Source of the DNA: an uncultured archaeon | Lineage (GTDB): Archaea > Asgardarchaeota > Thorarchaeia > Thorarchaeales > Thorarchaeaceae | Direction of reading: 5' to 3' | DNA: 25,972 nucleotides | Assembly (NCBI GenBank): GCA_964590575.1 | Contig: CAZPWM010000030.1 | Coordinates: 1-25,972, forward strand | Part shown: positions 1 through 8,793 of the stretch, in pieces | Numbering within the stretch: the first letter of the stretch is position 1 | How the letters are laid out: each line of letters begins with the position of its first letter | The notes under the pieces: model-generated | The model's input: the letters and a program-made list of their open reading frames with translations, nothing else | Told to the model about the DNA's origin: nothing | Databases searched by the model: none | Position numbers and translations under genes: made by a program

Positions 1-666
1 ATTCTTTGCAATCTGATAAGATGATAATGCGGAATGTCGAGCGTTGTATTTCATGGCGTTCATATGACCGGGAAGACCGATTTCAAAGTCCATCTCTGAA
101 ATGCGTTTGAGTGACTCTACAAGCTTCACTGGACTACCAGTAGGGAAATCTACTCTTCCGAAACTTCCACCGGGAAACAAAGTATCTCCTGTAAACAGGA
201 TTCCTGAGTCTTCAACCTTCATCACTATACTTCCTGCAGAATGTCCAGGCGTATGGAAGACATGTAGTTTTATTTCACCAAAGTCAATCAAATCTCCTTC
301 TTCAAGGAGAACGTCAATTTTGAACGGTGGCAGGTCTGCTCCGAACGTGTCTCCAAGCGTGTGACTCATATCACCATGATTGATGGGTTCTGCTTCTGCT
401 TTATGAAGGTAGAGCTTAGGAGAACCTCTTTCCAAAAGAGGGATGACACCTCCAATATGGTCAATGTGAGAATGAGTAAGAACGATATCCGTGATAGATT
501 CAAGCGATGAACCTTGTGTCTGGAGATCTTTATCAAGTGCCGACGCATACAAACCTGTTCCTGCATCTATCAAGACTTCATGATCCCCTGACTTGATGTA
601 GGTGATGTTTGAGTCGAATGAGCGACTTAATATGAAATAGATGGAGTCTGTTATCTGGTCAAGCAT
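1..666 (-). CDS. MBL-fold metallo-hydrolase (3' end runs off window; not in ORF track)
   Basis: Manual translation from ATG at 666: MLDQITDSIYFILSRSFDSNITY...VLIDAGTG...LTHSHIDHIGG (HxHxDH)...HTPGHSAG...LFTGDTLF...LPGH. Frame is open to base 1 and starts 4 nt after the aminotransferase stop. Confidence 0.9.
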   Translation of the reverse strand, partial: MLDQITDSIYFILSRSFDSNITYIKSGDHEVLIDAGTGLYASALDKDLQTQGSSLESITDIVLTHSHIDHIGGVIPLLERGSPKLYLHKAEAEPINHGDMSHTLGDTFGADLPPFKIDVLLEEGDLIDFGEIKLHVFHTPGHSAGSIVMKVEDSGILFTGDTLFPGGSFGRVDFPTGSPVKLVESLKRISEMDFEIGLPGHMNAMKYNARHSALSSYQIAKN

Positions 667-670
667 GTAA

Positions 671-1795
671 TCACCTTAGATATCCGATAATTCTGTCAAT
701 CTCATCATAGTTGTTGTAGAAGTGCGGTGATACCCGTAATCTACCATTTCGAACAGAGCAATGTATCTTATTCTTCATTAGTTCCTTATGTATCTCCTCT
801 ACATCCTGCGGTTTGCATGATACGATTGCTGAGTTGTGATTTGGACCAAAATCGTAGAATGGGATATTGATTTCAGAGAGTTGCTTCCGGAAATAGTCGG
901 CATTATCCAAGGCTACTCTCTCTCTGATTCTCCCTGGAATTTTAAGTAGTATTCTTAGTGATTCCAATAACCCAACATATGCAATCATCGCTGGTGATCC
1001 GACCTGAAATTTCCGTGCGTCTGGAAGCGGAGTCCGCTCATAATACTCAAAATCCATTAGTTCCTCGACACCCCACCATCCAATAAACCGTGGATTGAGT
1101 TTATCCATCACTGATTGTCCGACGTAGATGTACCCAGCTCCAACTGGTCCTAACAACCATTTTGCAGCTTGGCCTGTTGCAAAATCTACTCCTATCTTTG
1201 CCAAATCTGTGTCGAAACATCCCGCAGCTTGAATAATGTCAACCGAGAGAAGCGCAGAATTCTCATGTGCGAGCTTCTTAAGTTGGTTCAGGTCAGACCT
1301 AAATCCAGAACCAAATTGTATCTGACTAACAGCAATTACCTTGGTGTTTTCATCTACCTGGTTTGAGAATGCATCACGCGAAACAGCGCCTTCCTCGGAC
1401 TTGACAACCCGGAGATCAAAGCCATACAGTTTGCTTGCATTCTGCCAAGGCACATAGTTAGCTGGGAATTCCAAATCACAAATAACCACATTCGAACCAG
1501 TTGGATAATCAATACTGTGAGCTAGGGAGTTAATTCCCTCACTTGTGCTAGGCACAAATGCATATTGGCTGTAATCGCCACCCAGAAGGAGCGCAAGGAG
1601 TTGACGTATCTCCTTGAAGGCTTTGAGGGTATCTTCGAATTTTCCGATAGCCTTTACCTTATTGTCCAAATACTCTTTCATAGCATTGAATGTGTTCAAT
1701 GGTGGAATACCGGTTGAGGCATTATTCAGATATGTCATCTCTCTCAATGTGGGCCACTGTCCAGAGATGAATTTCGGGTCAATCAATTCCTTCAT
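671..1795 (-). CDS. Class V PLP-dependent aminotransferase (cysteine desulfurase-like fold)
   Basis: YLNNASTG, VDIIQAAG, AAKWLLGP (PLP lysine), LRVSPHFYN. No SufS-type RxGHHC loop. Confidence 0.88.
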   Translation of the reverse strand: MKELIDPKFISGQWPTLREMTYLNNASTGIPPLNTFNAMKEYLDNKVKAIGKFEDTLKAFKEIRQLLALLLGGDYSQYAFVPSTSEGINSLAHSIDYPTGSNVVICDLEFPANYVPWQNASKLYGFDLRVVKSEEGAVSRDAFSNQVDENTKVIAVSQIQFGSGFRSDLNQLKKLAHENSALLSVDIIQAAGCFDTDLAKIGVDFATGQAAKWLLGPVGAGYIYVGQSVMDKLNPRFIGWWGVEELMDFEYYERTPLPDARKFQVGSPAMIAYVGLLESLRILLKIPGRIRERVALDNADYFRKQLSEINIPFYDFGPNHNSAIVSCKPQDVEEIHKELMKNKIHCSVRNGRLRVSPHFYNNYDEIDRIIGYLR

Positions 1796-1897
1796 AATAT
1801 GTCATTCGAATTGTTTCTTGTTGATAAAGTTCACTGCGGATGAAACCCCCCCAAGATTTATCTGATTCATTTATCACCGTAAGGTTTGGAGGAGCGT

Positions 1898-2710
1898 TTG
1901 TCCGTGTTACGCAGGTTCACAGGCCGCTCGAAAAAGCCTAAAGAGGAAGAAGAACCACCAGCCAAATCTAGTGCTGATGCTAGCGTAGCTACGAGGGAAC
2001 CTGTAACAGTTGAACCGACATCTCGACCTATGGGAACTTTGATTGCTACAAGTGAAGATGTCAGTTTCGATCCTGCGACCACTGCTGAACACGCCCGGCG
2101 CGCTAGTATCAAACCTCAAAGTGCTGCTGAAATTGTACCTGGTCAAGTCTTGAAACGTGATGAATTAGGCCGGATACACATTAAGATTGTATTCTACGGG
2201 CCTTCTCTCTCTGGCAAAACAACTGCTTTGAGATGGTTATTTGCCAATGTTCGGTCTCTAGCAAAGGGGAAGCTAGTAGAGATCTCTGATGAGCTTGGTC
2301 GTACAACTTTCTTTGATTTTGTTCCTGTGACTGCAAGCGAGCGAATAGTTTTCGATGTATTCACTGTTGCTGGACAGAGACGACATGCTAGTCAACGAAT
2401 CAAAGTTTTACGGGACTGTCATGGTATTATCTTCATGGCTGATTCAACACCTGAACAAATGAATGAGAACCTCGCTTCAATACAAGAGTTGAGAATTGCT
2501 TTAGGTACTGATAGGATGGCGACTCTTCCTATCATAGTCGCATTAAACAAGAGGGACCTCCCGAATGCTTTGCCTCTTGATTACATGGTGCAGATGCTTG
2601 ACCTTGATGGTTATCCAGTGTTCGATACCATTGCCACACAAGGGAAAAACCTTCTGAGAATGTTTCAGCGTGTCCTTCGAGATGCATTGATTTTCAAGGT
2701 GGGTATCTAA
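1898..2710 (+). CDS. mglA: MglA-family small GTPase with ~90-aa N-terminal extension
   Basis: KIVFYGPSLSGKTT (G1), GRTTFFDF (MglA-type Arg/Thr), FTVAGQ (G3), NKRD (G4), TIA (G5). TTG at 1898 follows GGAGGAG; the ORF track starts at 1886. Confidence 0.85.
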   Translation: MSVLRRFTGRSKKPKEEEEPPAKSSADASVATREPVTVEPTSRPMGTLIATSEDVSFDPATTAEHARRASIKPQSAAEIVPGQVLKRDELGRIHIKIVFYGPSLSGKTTALRWLFANVRSLAKGKLVEISDELGRTTFFDFVPVTASERIVFDVFTVAGQRRHASQRIKVLRDCHGIIFMADSTPEQMNENLASIQELRIALGTDRMATLPIIVALNKRDLPNALPLDYMVQMLDLDGYPVFDTIATQGKNLLRMFQRVLRDALIFKVGI

Positions 2711-3441
2711 CCTTTCTTGACAGGAAGAATTCCTTTTCCCAATTGGGTTATGAGCTCTAACAGTTCTTCCTCAGCTTGTTCCATGATAAGTTTGCCTTTC
2801 TCCTCAGAGGCTTTTCTAGGATCTCCGTACATAGCAGATGGGAGAAGCTCGCCTCTATAAGTTCCTGAGATTATAGTGAACTTAGTTTCAACACGGTGAG
2901 CCTCTGCAACAGACATGTCTACCAAGTCCGGGCGAACATGCATCATTTCAGAGGTTTCATCTTCTGCAGCATGTCCCCCTGGGGTTTCCTCCACAATCTC
3001 CCGTATGGATTTAGCCAAGTCTCTCCACCAATTCACGATGATGACCACTCGCTCCCCCTTCCGGGTAGCCTTCTTTGCTGCCTGTCGGATAATCGGATCA
3101 TTTCCACCATGTCCATTTAATGCGACAATGTATCGGAACCCATGTTTGAAGACTGCATTCATAACCGATCTATAGTAATTAACTAACACATCTGGTTGGA
3201 TGGATACAGTACCATCGCACTGGTCGAAATCCCAACTCTCACCAAATGGTATTGTTGGAAGGACAATGGCTTTTGTCTTCTCAGCAACCTTCTGCGCCAA
3301 ATAATTTGGAAGCATTGAATCAGTCCCGAGCGGCAGATGTTTGCCATGTGCTTCAAGAGCACCTGTAACCATGACAATAATCTCGGTCTCACGAGCTGCT
3401 TTCCCGAAGTTCCCGTTTGAGAGTTCAGACCAGAATGGCAT
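2707..3441 (-). CDS. Creatininase / creatinine amidohydrolase family protein
   Basis: GALEAHGKHLPLGTD, NGHGGN, GHAAEDETS. Start set to ATG 3441 (MPFWSELS) because the longer ORF runs through the tRNA. Confidence 0.9.
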   Translation of the reverse strand: MPFWSELSNGNFGKAARETEIIVMVTGALEAHGKHLPLGTDSMLPNYLAQKVAEKTKAIVLPTIPFGESWDFDQCDGTVSIQPDVLVNYYRSVMNAVFKHGFRYIVALNGHGGNDPIIRQAAKKATRKGERVVIIVNWWRDLAKSIREIVEETPGGHAAEDETSEMMHVRPDLVDMSVAEAHRVETKFTIISGTYRGELLPSAMYGDPRKASEEKGKLIMEQAEEELLELITQLGKGILPVKKG

Positions 3442-3547
3442 ATCTAAATCCCAGTAGGTTAACGCGCGCATGCTAATAAATAAGGCGTCATAATTGACAC
3501 GCACAACCGAAAAGATGAAAAACGCCGCGAGTAACTCTCGAGCCAAT

Positions 3548-3623
3548 AGCTCCGTGGTGTAGTGGTCCAGCATGGCGGGTTCTGGCCTCGCTGACCTAGG
3601 TTCAAATCCTGGCGGAGCTACCA
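3548..3623 (+). tRNA. tRNA-Gln (CUG), intron-less, CCA encoded
   Basis: Acceptor AGCTCCG/CGGAGCT plus A plus CCA; D arm GTGT/GCAT; anticodon stem GCGGG/CTCGC with loop TTCTGGC; T arm CTAGG-TTCAAAT-CCTGG; A1-U72 typical of archaeal tRNA-Gln. Confidence 0.96.
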
Positions 3624-3852
3624 TCTTTCCTCAATCATCAGATTCAACCTAATACGATAGGTGGTTATAATCAGACCTCCCATTAACATTAAGATGGGAT
3701 TTCGGTAATATTGTTCAACTTTGGGGACTTGATTGCTAAAAATTGGAGTGAATTTTGATATTTATCTCATCAAACCACCCTTTAGAAAGTCGATAAATGG
3801 AAAATATGTTCGAAAAATGCGAAAAAATCCGCTTTTATTCAATACCACATTC

Positions 3853-3860
3853 TTTTTATA
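3853..3860 (+). promoter_or_regulatory. Putative TATA box for the structured element at 3883-3966
   Basis: TTTTTATA ending about 23 nt upstream of the closing stem. Confidence 0.4.
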
Positions 3861-3882
3861 GTTACCATACCTCCATTTCAAG

Positions 3883-3966
3883 TGGAGAAGGACTTAACGA
3901 TTCTCATTATGAGTTTCCTATCTGAGTCTGCGTCCCTCCCGGCGGATACTCAAAACCCCTTCTCCA
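3883..3966 (+). ncRNA. Candidate structured small RNA (unknown family)
   Basis: Perfect 9-bp closing stem TGGAGAAGG/CCTTCTCCA, inner hairpin TGAGT-CTGC...GCGG-AT-ACTCA with a C-rich loop, upstream TATA, downstream pyrimidine tract. Confidence 0.4.
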
Positions 3967-4077
3967 ATTTCTCTTTCTCTAGGAATCAATCCCTATCCAA
4001 AGTTCAATATTATTTCAACACTCCATGACAATCTTCATATCCGAATCCAATCACAACATCTACCGGATGTGCGACTC

Positions 4078-4857
4078 ATGGACAAGGTAGAACGAGGTTG
4101 GAACGAATTCTGGGCTGAGATTTTCAGAGTCCAGCATCGACGAGCAATTCAGGGGATTGAGCAGTTCGATCAACTTCTTGCGAAATTCATTATCGAAGCC
4201 CTAAACCTCAAGAAGGGTGATGAGATTCTTGATATTGCCTGTGGTGCAGGAGGTCATTCTATTGAGTTTGCCAAGCGAGGTCTCAAGGTGACAGCTTTTG
4301 ACATAGCGCAGTCTCTCATCGATGTTGCCAAGCAGGAGGCAAAAGACGAGCAGGTTGAGATAAACTTCTATGTTGGCGACATGCGTGATATGTCCTTCGA
4401 ACCACGGTTCAAAGCAGCGGTACTATTGAGCCATAGTTTTGGCTTCTTTGACCATCAGGAAAACAAGCTCGTATTGAAAGATGCATATGATGCCTTGCAG
4501 AAAGGTGGTTGCTTATTGTTGGATCTCATGAACCCCTACCATTTACCAACGTTCCAGAAAACTTGGACTCAACTCGAGGGTGGGTTCTTGTTGAATGAAC
4601 CTCATGTCTTTGATGCTCGAGCTGGCGTCCTCACTGGCAGACCTGCCATATTCATAGACACGGAAAACGACTGCATTGTGATGATGGACCAAGATGCTCT
4701 GGCAAACAATGACATCCGAATGTACACAGCCCTTGAGATTCGAGAGATGCTCGAGGAGATTGGATTCACAAAGATCGAGCTATATGGACAACATAGCCTC
4801 CCGCGACTTCCCTATGAAGCAAACTCAGAACGAATGATGGTCATAGCACATCGATAA
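4078..4857 (+). CDS. Class I SAM-dependent methyltransferase
   Basis: ILDIACGAGGH, AFDIA, VGDMRDM, HSFGFF, GGCLLLD. ATG 4078 preferred over GTG 4069. Confidence 0.9.
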   Translation: MDKVERGWNEFWAEIFRVQHRRAIQGIEQFDQLLAKFIIEALNLKKGDEILDIACGAGGHSIEFAKRGLKVTAFDIAQSLIDVAKQEAKDEQVEINFYVGDMRDMSFEPRFKAAVLLSHSFGFFDHQENKLVLKDAYDALQKGGCLLLDLMNPYHLPTFQKTWTQLEGGFLLNEPHVFDARAGVLTGRPAIFIDTENDCIVMMDQDALANNDIRMYTALEIREMLEEIGFTKIELYGQHSLPRLPYEANSERMMVIAHR

Positions 4858-4976
4858 GTGTGATCGATGATTCCTAGGAATATTCTTCCAACTCGCTCTA
4901 GCGCTAGTTGCTATATTTACTAGTATGAAAGGTCATGACGAAATACTTTTAATCATCCACTCGCGAAGTCGCGCTA

Positions 4977-5097
4977 GCCACTGGTGAGGCCGATGGTGAC
5001 CCCGACGAGTTCTCTCGTGTGATAATAGACTGTTGGGGATATGCTATCAAATAGAAACGCGAGGGGACAACACACTAAGCAACAAGGAGAATTCCTT
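4977..5097 (+). promoter_or_regulatory. Structured 5' leader of the EF-2 paralogue
   Basis: BRE/TATA-like CGAAA..TTTTAAT (4939-4953); stems CCCCGAC/GTTGGGG and GATGGT/GCTATC; loop complementary to 5057-5067; AAGGA-GAAT-TCCTT hairpin over the SD. Confidence 0.5.
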
Positions 5098-7311
5098 ATG
5101 GTTAAGATTAAAGAGCCGGAAGCTATCAAGAGGCTCATCCTATCAGACGATTATGCGCACAAGAGAATCATATCGATCAGTGCTCATATTGATCATGGAA
5201 AAACTACTACAACAGACTATCTGATGCGTCGTGCAGGACTCATGAGTGATGCTGCAGCAGGACAGGCACTGATGACTGACAGTGATGAAGAGGAGCAGGA
5301 GCGAGGTATCACAATCTTCACCTCTGTTGTACTGCTCAACTTCGAGGTAGATGGAGAAGAGTATCTTGTTCAACTGTCTGACACTCCAGGCCACCTATCA
5401 TTCACAGGTGAGGTCTCAAGAGCTCTACGTGCCAGCGATGGTGCAGTCATTCTTGTAGATGCGTTGGAAGGCGTCATGACCCAAACTGAAACAAATATTC
5501 GGCTAGCAGTTGGTGCAGAAGCTTGCAAGCCAGTGCTTTTCATTAACAAAGTCGATCGACTCATCAACGAGTTGAAGCTACCACCAAAGAAGGTCTATGA
5601 ACGCATTGATATCATTATCGCGAAAGTTAACGAGCTCATCAAGAAAGTCGCACCAAAGGAGTACGCTCTGGACTGGAGAGTCAGTTTCCAGGATGGAAGT
5701 GTAGCAATCGGAAGTGCGAAGACTGGTTGGGCTTTCACAATGAAGACTTTGGAGAAGAGAGACATCAAACCAACCGTTGTTTTTGAGAAGTACAACGAGG
5801 GCGATGAAAGGTGGCTGAGAGATAACTTACCACTTGATGAGGCTCTCCTCGAGATGATTGTCAAACACTTACCAAACCCACAACAGGCTCAAAAGTACAA
5901 GATTCCAAGAATCTGGAAAGGTGATTTGGACAGCCCAGAAGGAAAAGCGCTTCTAGATGTTGATCCTAACGGACCTCTCTGTGGGATGATTACCAAGATA
6001 TTTGTCGACCCTAAGAGCAAGCGACCAACTCTGATTGGTAGAGTGTTCTCTGGTACAATCAAATCTGGCCAAGAAATTTCTCTAGTCAATATGCGTCAGA
6101 ACGCTAAGGTGAAGCGACTGGGTGTCCAAGAGATTACTGATATTCTAGACATGGATGAGGTGCCTGCAGGCAATCTGTTCTCAGTATTTGGATTCATGTG
6201 CCCTAGTGGCGAGTCCTTTGTCACTCCAGGTTCTGATATGAAAGGGTTTGAAGCCATTGAATATGTCAGCGAACCTGTTGTAAGCCGGAGCATTAAGCCA
6301 GTTGATCCTCAAGAGATTGCGAAGCTCGGTGAGGTTGTTTCAAAGTGGATCATGGCCGACCCCACTGCGAGATTCTTCCACGATAAAGAATCTGGCGAAT
6401 ACCGCCTAGATGGTATTGACCCACTCCAAATTGAAATTCTTACTAAGAGAATTAACGAACAGGTAAAGATTAGGGTGTCTGAACCAATCATTGTCTACCG
6501 TGAGAAGATGACCCAGAGAGGTGACGAGTTTCACACTAAGTCACCAAACGGTCACAACAGAATTCGAATGTATCTGGAACCACTCGATGACAAGACAGTT
6601 GAACTCATCAAAAAGAAGAGAATCACTGCCGATATGCCTGACCGTGAGCGTGCAGCCATTCTTCGAGATGAAGCTGGTTGGGATGCGAAAGAGGCACGGA
6701 AGATTCTAGACATCTACCAATCCTCGATGCTAGTTGATGCGATGAGTGGTGTCCAAAGGTTTGACCGAATCTACTCCTACCTAGAAACTACGTTCAGAGA
6801 ATTCATCGATGGAGGTCCAATTGCGAAGGAGCCAATCATGGGTGTGAAGGTAGTACTGACTGATGCAACAGTTCACAATGACCCTGCGCATACTGGATAC
6901 AACGAGGTTGCAACAATGGTCAGCGCTGGTCTGAATATGGGTTTCCTAACAGGTGTACCAGGACTTTACGAACCTGTTCTCAATGCTGACATAAAGACCC
7001 CCCCTGACACACAAGGCGCAATCATCAAAGTTCTGACTGGGCACAGAGGTCAGATTGTCACAATTGAGGGCGAAGAAGATGTAGTCGCTATTAAGGGCAC
7101 TCTACCTACAGCAGAAACCATCGGTATTGCTGACGAGTTCAGGAGCGCTGCGGCTGGTCGAAGCTTCTTTGGTTACGAGTTTCGCGGATTTGAATCTTTA
7201 CCCACAAAATTGCAGGAAGAGATCATCCTTGAGATTCGAGCTCGTAAGAAGATGCCCGAAGAGATGCCAAGCTTAAGCTCATGGAACAGATGGATTTACA
7301 AACGAACCTAA
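5098..7311 (+). CDS. Archaeal elongation factor 2 paralogue (aEF-2p-like translational GTPase)
   Basis: AHIDHGKTT, RGITI, DTPGH, NKVD, GRVFSG, KSPNGHNR. Diphthamide loop reads HNDPAHTG. No rps12/rps7 neighbours. SD AAGGAG precedes ATG 5098. Confidence 0.9.
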   Translation: MVKIKEPEAIKRLILSDDYAHKRIISISAHIDHGKTTTTDYLMRRAGLMSDAAAGQALMTDSDEEEQERGITIFTSVVLLNFEVDGEEYLVQLSDTPGHLSFTGEVSRALRASDGAVILVDALEGVMTQTETNIRLAVGAEACKPVLFINKVDRLINELKLPPKKVYERIDIIIAKVNELIKKVAPKEYALDWRVSFQDGSVAIGSAKTGWAFTMKTLEKRDIKPTVVFEKYNEGDERWLRDNLPLDEALLEMIVKHLPNPQQAQKYKIPRIWKGDLDSPEGKALLDVDPNGPLCGMITKIFVDPKSKRPTLIGRVFSGTIKSGQEISLVNMRQNAKVKRLGVQEITDILDMDEVPAGNLFSVFGFMCPSGESFVTPGSDMKGFEAIEYVSEPVVSRSIKPVDPQEIAKLGEVVSKWIMADPTARFFHDKESGEYRLDGIDPLQIEILTKRINEQVKIRVSEPIIVYREKMTQRGDEFHTKSPNGHNRIRMYLEPLDDKTVELIKKKRITADMPDRERAAILRDEAGWDAKEARKILDIYQSSMLVDAMSGVQRFDRIYSYLETTFREFIDGGPIAKEPIMGVKVVLTDATVHNDPAHTGYNEVATMVSAGLNMGFLTGVPGLYEPVLNADIKTPPDTQGAIIKVLTGHRGQIVTIEGEEDVVAIKGTLPTAETIGIADEFRSAAAGRSFFGYEFRGFESLPTKLQEEIILEIRARKKMPEEMPSLSSWNRWIYKRT

Positions 7312-7325
7312 ACGGTGTCAAAGTC

Positions 7326-7369
7326 TCAAGGGGCAGTTTCTTGATTGTCCCTTGACCAAGTTTTTTCTT
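7326..7369 (+). terminator. Hairpin plus T-tract after the EF-2 paralogue
   Basis: 12-bp stem TCAAGGGGCAGT/ATTGTCCCTTGA (2 G-U), then TTTTTT at 7361-7366. Confidence 0.7.
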
Positions 7370-7430
7370 GTAACATCCACCTGAGTGGATAGATTTTTGA
7401 CTCACCTAGTATGCTTTCCTCTTGATAGAG

Positions 7431-8759
7431 ATGACGTTAGATCCAGTTGAACTTCTAGAGACCCTAATCGCTTTTGACACAAGAAATAATGATGAAATGA
7501 AAGCTCCACGAGAATGCCCCGAATACATCAATAGTATTCTACGCGATTTTGGCTTTCATACAGAAATTCTGGAGTCAGAAGGATATACGACAGCTTTTGC
7601 ACGAAGGGGTCATGGCAAGTTCAAGATCCTCTTCTTGGCACATTTCGATGTTGTCCCATTCGGTGAGGGCTGGAACAGTGACCCCCTGAAACTGAAGGTC
7701 GATGGCGATAAAGCATATGGTCGGGGGACTTGTGATGACAAGGGGAACATTGTTTCCCTCTTACTTCTCGCAGAGAAACTTGTTGAGTCGGATTTTCCAT
7801 GCACAGTCATGATTGCTACTTCTGGTGATGAAGAGATAGGTGGTCGTCAAGGTGCAGGAGTGCTGAAGGAGTATATGAAGAAGCAGGGTCTCTTTCCAGA
7901 TTATATTGTTGTTGCAGATGGGAATGGGCACGACATTATCCACAGAAGAAGGAATATTTTACCTACTATAATAAAAGTGAAGGAAAGAATAGAGAAGATC
8001 AAAGGTAGGAAAGAAACTGTGAGGGTGGAAACAGAAACTTTTGGCAGCAATACGAGACACAGCGCTTACCTGCGATTCGGTGTTGATAGGCATGCGATGA
8101 TTGCAGCATCGAAATATCTTGATCTTAATCCTTTGACAGTGATTGAAACTGTTCGCGGGGCTTTCCTGAAAGGCAATGTTGTGCCTGACTGGGTCGAGAT
8201 GGATATAATCCATCCAGATGAGTCAGGTCCGGAATTTTCCTATGATGCCTCTTTAACCGACCTAATGAGGTCTTTGTTACCTATAACAAGGGTCGCGTTT
8301 CCAACTGAACCATCAGACATGGGGACCAATATCTGTCCTAACGTTCTGACAAAAGAGAATGACTTGTGGACTCTCTATGTTGATCTCCGCTCTATGACGA
8401 ATGATGGCGATGCTGTCAAGGCTGCATTCCAAGCTTCTCTCAGAGACCGGGTGGATTTGTTTTCACTCACTGTTCATGCAGGTATTGGTTATGTCAACAG
8501 TGATCCTGACTCAAGACTCATCAGGGCGGCTCGTTGGGCACTTGAAAAAGAGGGTATTCCATACAGAGTCGTTGAAGGTTTTGGGGCATCTGACTCTCGC
8601 TTCTTCGCTAGAGAGGGAGCAGACCTCTTTGATTTTGGTCCAAAGGGTGACAATGTTCATGGAGCAAACGAATGGGTTTCAATAGAATCTCTTAAAGAGA
8701 ATGCAGAATTCTTTCATACTCTAATTGAGGTGCTCTTGAGAAAACCTAGTTCATTGTGA
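7431..8759 (+). CDS. M20/M25/M40 family metallo-hydrolase (ArgE/DapE-like)
   Basis: LAHFDVVP, GRGTCDDKG, GDEEIGG, GASDSRFF, GP..NVHGANE. Confidence 0.9.
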   Translation: MTLDPVELLETLIAFDTRNNDEMKAPRECPEYINSILRDFGFHTEILESEGYTTAFARRGHGKFKILFLAHFDVVPFGEGWNSDPLKLKVDGDKAYGRGTCDDKGNIVSLLLLAEKLVESDFPCTVMIATSGDEEIGGRQGAGVLKEYMKKQGLFPDYIVVADGNGHDIIHRRRNILPTIIKVKERIEKIKGRKETVRVETETFGSNTRHSAYLRFGVDRHAMIAASKYLDLNPLTVIETVRGAFLKGNVVPDWVEMDIIHPDESGPEFSYDASLTDLMRSLLPITRVAFPTEPSDMGTNICPNVLTKENDLWTLYVDLRSMTNDGDAVKAAFQASLRDRVDLFSLTVHAGIGYVNSDPDSRLIRAARWALEKEGIPYRVVEGFGASDSRFFAREGADLFDFGPKGDNVHGANEWVSIESLKENAEFFHTLIEVLLRKPSSL

Positions 8760-8793
8760 TCCAATATAGACCCTACATCTCCTTGTGGAATTC

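Noticed and set aside
671-1795. SufS/IscS cysteine desulfurase call
   Set aside because: The catalytic Cys loop (RxGHHC or SSGSAC) is absent and there are no Fe-S assembly neighbours.
3442-3624. 61-aa N-terminal extension of the creatininase ORF (MVAPPGFEPRS...)
   Set aside because: It is the antisense reading of tRNA-Gln and its promoter region.
3909-4028. 39-codon ORF MSFLSESASLPADTQNPF...
   Set aside because: No convincing SD or recognisable motif; overlaps the structured element.
3600-4070. Element integrated at the tRNA 3' end
   Set aside because: No integrase and no duplicated tRNA 3' end found in the window.
4988-5050. Fluoride riboswitch (GGCCGATGGTG resembles its 5' end)
   Set aside because: The 3' conserved GCUGAUGAC-like segment and P1 pairing are missing, and the downstream gene is unrelated.
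5041-5097. Upstream in-frame ATG extending EF-2p by 19 aa
   Set aside because: It lies inside the structured leader; ATG 5098 has a clear SD and gives a normal EF-2 N-terminus.
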